A DNA stretch of 64,000 nt from an uncultured Gemmatimonadaceae bacterium. Its GTDB lineage: Bacteria > Gemmatimonadota > Gemmatimonadetes > Gemmatimonadales > Gemmatimonadaceae. A program made the translations under genes and the position numbers. The stretch spans positions 384,001-448,000 of the forward strand of contig CAWHHI010000006.1 in the NCBI GenBank assembly GCA_963829055.1, given 5' to 3'. The notes under the pieces are model-generated. The model made no database searches, was not told the DNA's origin, and saw only the letters and a list, made by a program, of their open reading frames with translations. Shown piece by piece: positions 58,048 to 64,000 of the stretch; the first letter of the stretch is position 1; each line of letters begins with the position of its first letter.

Positions 58048-59514
58048 ATGTCTCGACTCGCGTCACGCGCTCGCCTGCTGCCCCTCAGTTTCGTCGCGGC
58101 GACCGCAATCGTCGCGCAGAGCCCACCCGCCGCTTCGAGAGCATCGACGGATCCCGACGTGGTCGGGGCGGAGCGCCTCTTCTCCGCCTGGCTGGAGGGA
58201 CAGATCGCCTACCGCGGGCTGCCGGGGATCGCCGTCGGCGTGGTCGCGGACCAGGAGCTCGTATGGGCGGCCGGATTCGGGCACGCCAACGTCCAGGCAA
58301 AGCGGCCGATGACCCCGGACACGAAGTTCCGCATGGCCTCGCACAGCAAGCTGTTCACGGCCACCGCCATCATGCAGCTGCGGGAGCAGGGCAAGCTCCG
58401 ACTCGATGATCCGGTTTCCAAATACCTGCCATGGTTCAAGGTGAAGCCGGCAGGGGATGACGACGGCCCGATCACCATCGAGCAGCTCCTCGGTCACGCG
58501 TCAGGCCTCCCACGTGAAGCAGGCCCGCACTGGACCACAATGCAGTTCCCGACCGCCGACGAGATCCGCAAGCTGATCGCCGACCGGGAAGCGCCGTTCC
58601 CACCGCAGGAGCGGTGGAAGTACTCGAACCTCGCCTACACGATCGCCGGCATGGTGGTGGAGCAGGTGAGCGGTGAGCCGTGGGCCGACTACGTTCAGCG
58701 CCACATTTTTCAGCCGCTCGGCATGAGCGCGTCGAGCGTGGACCGCAACGTCGAGGGACTCGCGGTCGGGTACGGGCGGCGCATGCCGGACGGGTCGCGT
58801 GAGGTGTTGCCCTTCATGGACGCGCGCGGGATGGCGGCGGCGACCGGCCTCACCTCGACCGTCGAGGACATGGCGAAGTTCGTCTCGGCCCAGTTCCGGA
58901 AAGGTCCCATGGGCGGTCGCCAGATCCTGAGCACCGGCTCGCTGCGGGAGATGCACCGCGTCCGCTCGCTGGAGAACGACTGGACCTCGGGCACCGGAAT
59001 CGGGTTCGCGGTGAGCCGGGTGCGTGACAAGACGTATGTGGGTCACGGGGGCGGCTACCCTGGCTACACGACCCAGACGCTGATTCAGCTCGACGACAAG
59101 GTCGGCGTGATCGTGCTGACCAACACGAACGACTCGAACCCGAACGACATCGCACGCCAGCTGATGGCTACCGTGGGAGCAGCGGTGGCGAAGGCATCGG
59201 CCGCGAAGCCGAAGGTGGTCGCGTGGGACCCGTCGTGGTCCCGCTTCGTGGGGCTCTACCGCGGTGTGTTCGGCGACAGCCAGGTGGTGCTGCTCAACCA
59301 GCGCCTGGTCGTGATCACGCCTAACGCGGCGAACGTCGACAATCCGGTCACCCTCGAGCCCCTTGGCGAGGGACGCTTTCGCTACGTGGCGGCTTCCGGT
59401 GGCGGGCCGGTGGGCGAAGTGGTGCGGTTCGTCGAGGAAGGCGGGCGGGTGGTGCGCATGATCACGGGCGACAGCTATGTGGACCGGGTGCCGGACAGCA
59501 CCGGATCGAAGTGA
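58048..59514 (+). CDS. Serine hydrolase, beta-lactamase/peptidase S12 family
   Basis: FRMASHSK (SxxK), YSN, HGGG motifs. Confidence 0.9.
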   Translation: MSRLASRARLLPLSFVAATAIVAQSPPAASRASTDPDVVGAERLFSAWLEGQIAYRGLPGIAVGVVADQELVWAAGFGHANVQAKRPMTPDTKFRMASHSKLFTATAIMQLREQGKLRLDDPVSKYLPWFKVKPAGDDDGPITIEQLLGHASGLPREAGPHWTTMQFPTADEIRKLIADREAPFPPQERWKYSNLAYTIAGMVVEQVSGEPWADYVQRHIFQPLGMSASSVDRNVEGLAVGYGRRMPDGSREVLPFMDARGMAAATGLTSTVEDMAKFVSAQFRKGPMGGRQILSTGSLREMHRVRSLENDWTSGTGIGFAVSRVRDKTYVGHGGGYPGYTTQTLIQLDDKVGVIVLTNTNDSNPNDIARQLMATVGAAVAKASAAKPKVVAWDPSWSRFVGLYRGVFGDSQVVLLNQRLVVITPNAANVDNPVTLEPLGEGRFRYVAASGGGPVGEVVRFVEEGGRVVRMITGDSYVDRVPDSTGSK

Positions 59515-60008
59515 GCGAGGGTTCTCCTCGTATGCGACCACTCCAGGATCTCTACCCCGATGACTTCGCCCACTGCTACGGTTGCGGGCGCCTCAACGCG
59601 CACGGGCTGCACGTAAAGAGCGAGTGGCACGAGGGCGAAGCGCTCGCTCGCTTCCAGCCCGAGCCCCACCACATGGCGCTTCCCGGCTACGTCTACGGCG
59701 GGCTCACCGCGTCACTCGTGGACTGCCACTCGATGGCGACGGCAGCGGCAGCGTCCATGGAGGCGACCGGAGCGAGGCCGGGTATCGACCCGACGCCACG
59801 CTTCGTGACCGCGTCACTTCATGTCGACTACTTGCGGCCGACCCCACTCGGCCCCGTGCTCGTGCTTCGAGCGCGCGCCACCGAGCTGACCGAGCGCAAG
59901 GTCGTGGTGGAGACCTCCGTGTTCGCGGACGAGGTGGAGTGCGCGCGCGGGCGCGTCGTGGCGGTTCGCATGCCAGCGACAATGGGTACGGCTCCCGCAG
60001 TGGACTGA
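59511..60008 (+). CDS. PaaI/hotdog-fold thioesterase
   Basis: CYGCG, YGGLTASLVDCH, FVTASLHVDYLRPTP; overlaps the upstream stop. Confidence 0.88.
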   Translation: MSEGSPRMRPLQDLYPDDFAHCYGCGRLNAHGLHVKSEWHEGEALARFQPEPHHMALPGYVYGGLTASLVDCHSMATAAAASMEATGARPGIDPTPRFVTASLHVDYLRPTPLGPVLVLRARATELTERKVVVETSVFADEVECARGRVVAVRMPATMGTAPAVD

Positions 60009-60037
60009 GCGAACCGCCACGAGGCGCGATCGCCGCG

Positions 60038-60961
60038 TCAGATGATCGGCCCGACAGCCTCCAATGCATGTCGCAGCTTCTCGGGGTTGCGGACGAGGTG
60101 AAGCGCCCGGATGCGTCCGTCTTCCACGTCGACCGTCGTGGCCGTGGTGACTACGCCGTCCTCGAACGTCAGGATCGCTGGCTGGCCGTTGAGCCGCGTT
60201 AGGCGTCGGACCGCTGTCGGACCCACCTTGCGCCAGACGCCGAGCAGGAAGCGCGAGACGCGGTCCGAGCCGTCGAGCCGGTTGCGAGCGGCGCGCGCGA
60301 TGTCCGCCGCCGTCGGCGGCGAGCGTCACGTCCGGTGCGAGCAGCGCGAGCAGGGCGGGCGCGTCGTCCGCCGAGAGCGCGGCGAGATACTGTTCGAGGA
60401 TCCGCTCGTGCGCATTGGGCGGCGTAGGCACGCGCGGCCGGTCGGCGCGTACGCGGTCGCGTGCGCGATGCACCATTGGCGGATCGCGTCCGGCCGTCGC
60501 CCCAGGATGTGCGCGATCTCCGCATAGTCGGTCCCGAAGACTTCGCGCAGGAGAAACGCGGCTCGCTCTTCCGGAGCCAGACGCTCCAGAAGCACGAGTA
60601 GAGCGACGGACAGGTCGGATGCGAGCTCCGCTTGATGATCCGGAGCAGGCTCAGCGTTAGGCACCCCCGGCGCGTCGAGGGCAATCGGTTCCGGGAGCCA
60701 CGGACCAGGGTAGGCCGCCCGTTCGGTGCTGAGTCGTCGGAGCCGGTCCACCGCGAGGCGGCTGACGACGGTCACCAGCCACGCCTCCGGCGACCGCACC
60801 ACCTGGCGGTTGGTCTGTTGCCAGCGAAGGTAGGCCTCCTGCACCACGTCCTCGGCCTCATCCATGTCGCCGAGCATCCGGTAGGCGAGCCCGAGAAGCC
60901 GCGGGCGGTGTTCGAGGGCGCTCTCAGCCGAGAGCTCCTCCAGTGAGTTTCGAGCGATCAT
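60038..60961 (-). CDS. sigJ: ECF41 / SigJ-family sigma factor with SnoaL-like extension (frameshifted)
   Basis: AYRMLG..EAEDVVQEAY, YPGPWLPEP, DGGG and NPEKL motifs. Confidence 0.9.
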
Positions 60962-60970
60962 AACAACACA

Positions 60971-61044
60971 GACGTCCTGGCCTCGCGGATGTGACAGCCA
61001 TGCCGACGTGGCCTTGGCTGTCACATCACGATTGGCGTTCCGTC
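60971..61044. promoter_or_regulatory. Two divergent ECF41-type promoters
   Basis: TGTCACA-n15-CGTC on minus (60996-60971) and on plus (61019-61044). Confidence 0.7.
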
Positions 61045-61105
61045 TCTCATACGCAACGGAACGCCAACAACGACGAAATATCGTGCGATCACGAGGAGAA
61101 CGACG

Positions 61106-61555
61106 ATGTGCAAGAGTCATGGCTTCGAGCGGAAGGCCAGGCACGTATCGCCTGCATCGGCAAGGGCAGTGTTCCGCGAAACGCATGTGCGCTCGCGTCG
61201 GCGAACCGTCATGACGCCGAGCGAAGAGAGGGCAGCGCGGGTGTTCTATCGTCGCGCGCTGAAGGGTCGACAGGTGTGGCCGGCAGGAGACGCCTGTGCC
61301 AACGGAAGTCTCTGGTTCCTCGTCGCGGGCTCGCTCATCGAGGTCAGCGGTGGGCTGGTCAGCACCGCGAAACCGATTGTGCTCGATGTCGATGACCCCG
61401 ACGACCTCGCGCAGCGATGCTGGGATGCCGGGTTCACGGTCCGGGTCAATCAGGACTCGACGGGTCGTGCGCCTGTATCAGTCTTCGACCCGTTCGGTCG
61501 CAGGGTCGATCTGGCTCCTCGAGAAAGCACGCTGAATGTTTATCGCTCGGCGTGA
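61106..61555 (+). CDS. Glyoxalase/VOC-like protein; start uncertain
   Basis: EERAARVFY...LWF...FDPFGRRVDL. Confidence 0.55.
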   Translation: MCKSHGFERKARHVSPASARAVFRETHVRSRRRTVMTPSEERAARVFYRRALKGRQVWPAGDACANGSLWFLVAGSLIEVSGGLVSTAKPIVLDVDDPDDLAQRCWDAGFTVRVNQDSTGRAPVSVFDPFGRRVDLAPRESTLNVYRSA

Positions 61556-61715
61556 GGAGGTGATCATGGATAGGCGTGTCCTTTCAACCAGTTCCGTGCG
61601 TGCAGGCGCGGGGCATCACGCGGCGTTCGCTGTCGGAACGCCGATAGAGATCGACGCCGTAGCCGATCGGGCAGACGATGCGACTACCGCGCGCGGCAGC
61701 GAGACGGCAAGACGA

Positions 61716-63008
61716 ATGACAACGACGAGGATCCTCGTACTGGGCGGTGGATTCGGCGGCGTCGCCGCGACACGCGAGATCGAACGACTGTTTCGCGACA
61801 AGCGGGATGTCGAGATCACGCTCGTGAGCCGCGACAACTTCTTCGTGCTCACACCGCTGCTGTTCGAAGCGTGTACCGGCGTCCTGGAGCTGCGGCATTG
61901 TGCGCAGCCCATCCGTCCTGCGTTGCGACGAGCGCGGTTCGTCGAGGCGAGCGTCGGGCACGTGGACGTCGAACGCCGCGTCGTCCACGCCGTGGCCGCG
62001 GAAGGCGTCTCGTACGAGCTTCCGTACGACCATCTCATCGTTGCACTCGGCGCGACGACGAATCAGACGCTGATTCCTGGTTCCACGAACGCGTTCACGT
62101 TCAAGACGATGGCCGACGCACTCGTACTCAGGAACCACCTGATCGAGCGCTTCGAGCGTGCGGATGCGGCGTCGGATCCGATGGTCCGCCGTCGCTGCCT
62201 GACGATCGTGGTGATCGGCGGCGGGCTGGTCGGCGTCGAGCTCCTCGGCGAGCTGACGGCGTTCGCGGATGATGTGCTTCGCTACTACCCGCGGTTACAT
62301 CGAGATGAAGTGCGCTTTCACCTGTTCGAGGCCGGCAAGCGCATCCTGCCGGAGATCGACCCGACGCTCGCGGAGGAGGCGGCGCGCGTGCTCGAGCGCC
62401 GCGGGGCGGACATCCGCGCCACGACGCCCGTGCGGTCGATCGAGCCGGGGTACGTCCATCTCGCGGGTGAGACGATCGAGGCGGCGACCATCGTGCTGGC
62501 GGCGGGCGTCGTGCCTAACGCTATCGCGACTCGCATCCCCGTCGCCCACGACGAGCGTGGACGCATTGCCGTCGACGCCACGATGCGGAGCCAGAGTCAC
62601 CCGGAGGTCTGGGCGCTCGGCGACTGCGCGGCCATCCCGTCACCGGACGGTCACCTGTATCCCGCGCTGGCGCAGCACGCGACGCGCGAAGCGCGACAGG
62701 TCGCGCGGAACGTTGCGGCCGTCGTCGGCAGGCGCACGCCTACCGCGTTCGTCTACCGCACGCTCGGCACCATGGCGTCGCTCGGACACACCGACGCCGT
62801 CGCGACCGTGATGGGCGTGCGCCTAACGGGATTCCCCGCGTGGTGGGTGCGACGGACGTATTACCTCATGCAGATGCCGCGCTGGGACCGACGCCTTCGG
62901 ATGGTGCTCGACTGGACGGTGGCGCTGTTCTTCCGGCCGGATATCACGAAGGTGGATCTTGCTGTCGAACAGGATCAGGTGCTTCGTGCCCCTAGTGGGA
63001 CGAGTTGA
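61716..63008 (+). CDS. ndh: Type II NADH dehydrogenase-like FAD/NAD(P) oxidoreductase
   Basis: LGGGFGG, YDHLIVALG, IGGGLVGVE, WALGDCA, GTMASLG. Confidence 0.85.
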   Translation: MTTTRILVLGGGFGGVAATREIERLFRDKRDVEITLVSRDNFFVLTPLLFEACTGVLELRHCAQPIRPALRRARFVEASVGHVDVERRVVHAVAAEGVSYELPYDHLIVALGATTNQTLIPGSTNAFTFKTMADALVLRNHLIERFERADAASDPMVRRRCLTIVVIGGGLVGVELLGELTAFADDVLRYYPRLHRDEVRFHLFEAGKRILPEIDPTLAEEAARVLERRGADIRATTPVRSIEPGYVHLAGETIEAATIVLAAGVVPNAIATRIPVAHDERGRIAVDATMRSQSHPEVWALGDCAAIPSPDGHLYPALAQHATREARQVARNVAAVVGRRTPTAFVYRTLGTMASLGHTDAVATVMGVRLTGFPAWWVRRTYYLMQMPRWDRRLRMVLDWTVALFFRPDITKVDLAVEQDQVLRAPSGTS

Positions 63009-63054
63009 AGCGAATGTTGAGAGCAGGCGATTCTGGCCGCAGAGCCAGAATTGG

Positions 63055-63496
63055 CAAACCCTGTCCACGACGGCGCTCGTCCACGAGGCCTACCTCCGGC
63101 TCGTGGACCAGACGCGCGCGCAGTGGGCCGACCGGGCGCAGTTCTTCGCCGTGGCCGCGCACGTGATGCGACGCGTGCTCGTGGATCACGCCGGCGTCAT
63201 CGCGCGGGACGGCGTGGCGGCGTGCATCGGCGCGGCGGTCTCGCTGGACGTCGCTCGAGTCGAGCAGACGCTGGAAGCCTCGCCACCGGCGAGCGCGCCA
63301 ACGTCCTCTTGGCGATGGACGAGGCGCTCGAGCGGCTCGCGGCGCTGGATTCGCGACAGGCGCGCGTCGTGAGTGCCGCTTCTTCGGAGGGCTGACGGAG
63401 TCGGAGACGGCGGAGGCGTTAGGCGTGACCGCACGCACGGTCGCGCGTGACTGGGTGAAAGCGCGCGGGTGGCTGTACCAGGAGCTTGTCCGATGA
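63055..63496 (+). pseudogene. ECF sigma factor (TIGR02999-like, kinase-associated), N-terminus missing, frameshifted
   Basis: TLSTTALVHEAYLRL...FFAVAAHVMRRVLVDHA; DEALERLA; FFGGLT..ETAEALGV..RTVARDW. Confidence 0.8.
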
Positions 63497-63535
63497 CGCG
63501 CTTCTGAGCAGTCGCCGGAAGGGCCGCGCTCGGCG

Positions 63536-64000
63536 ATGCAAGCGACTCCGGGATCACCCTTCTCGGCCGAGCAGTGGCGCGACGATCCAGCGCGCTGGTC
63601 GACGGCGCGCTCGACCTCCCACCTACGGCGCGGGCGGCGTACCTCGACGAGTCGTGCGGTGCGAGATGTGGCGCTGCGCGAGCACGTCACGCGGTTAGTC
63701 GATGCATGCGAGCGCGCGGCGCGTGCGGATGGGCTCCTCGCCGCGCCGGCGATCGCCTTCGCGGCGCCCCTTGCTCGCCGATCTCACCGAGCAGGACGCC
63801 TCGCGCGCGGATCAGCTGCGCCGCTGTGATGGTCGACGCGCTGCGGGCCGCGCTGTCGGGGCGCTACGCGGTCGAGCGCGAGCTCGGGCGCGGCGGGATG
63901 GCCACCGTGTACCTGGCTCGCGACGTCCGGCACGACCGAGTCGGTCGCGGTCGAAGGTTCTCGAGCGGAACGTCGCCGCATGCGGGGGCCGAGCGCTTCC
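63536..64000 (+). CDS. Ser/Thr protein kinase, N-terminal part; runs off the right edge, frameshifted
   Basis: LRAALSGRYAVERELGRGGMATVYLARDVRHDR. Confidence 0.85.

Noticed and set aside
58048..59514. Antibiotic-resistance beta-lactamase
   Set aside because: SxxK/YxN/HGG motifs fit the broad serine hydrolase family and do not establish resistance

Overview
GC-rich bacterial chromosomal segment. Gene content suggests Gemmatimonadota (inference): three PadR + duplicated orphan ABC permease modules, a SusC/SusD pair, Ser/Thr kinases of the 'RYAVERELGRGGMATVYLARD' type, a DUF1592/DUF1552/ankyrin cluster, and many secreted peptidases and amidohydrolases. About 50 genes can be supported. Roughly half are split by indels that look like long-read errors, so starts and ends of split genes are approximate. 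I found no rRNA, tRNA, CRISPR array, transposase or integrase. The strongest signal is at DNA level: the non-palindromic octamer GCCTAACG/CGTTAGGC occurs about 57 times by hand count (about 1 per kb). It lies on both strands, in several reading frames inside genes, and forces rare codons (TTA, CTA, AGG, CCT). Other structure: about 10 nested TGTC/CGTC-type REP-like palindromes, two further intergenic inverted-repeat arrays, a VapC-type toxin-antitoxin module bracketed by related palindromes, a distinct palindromic operator before each padR, back-to-back ECF41-type promoters, a degenerate Mrr-like protein, and gene remnants (fdnG, a kinase, an ECF sigma, a creatininase).
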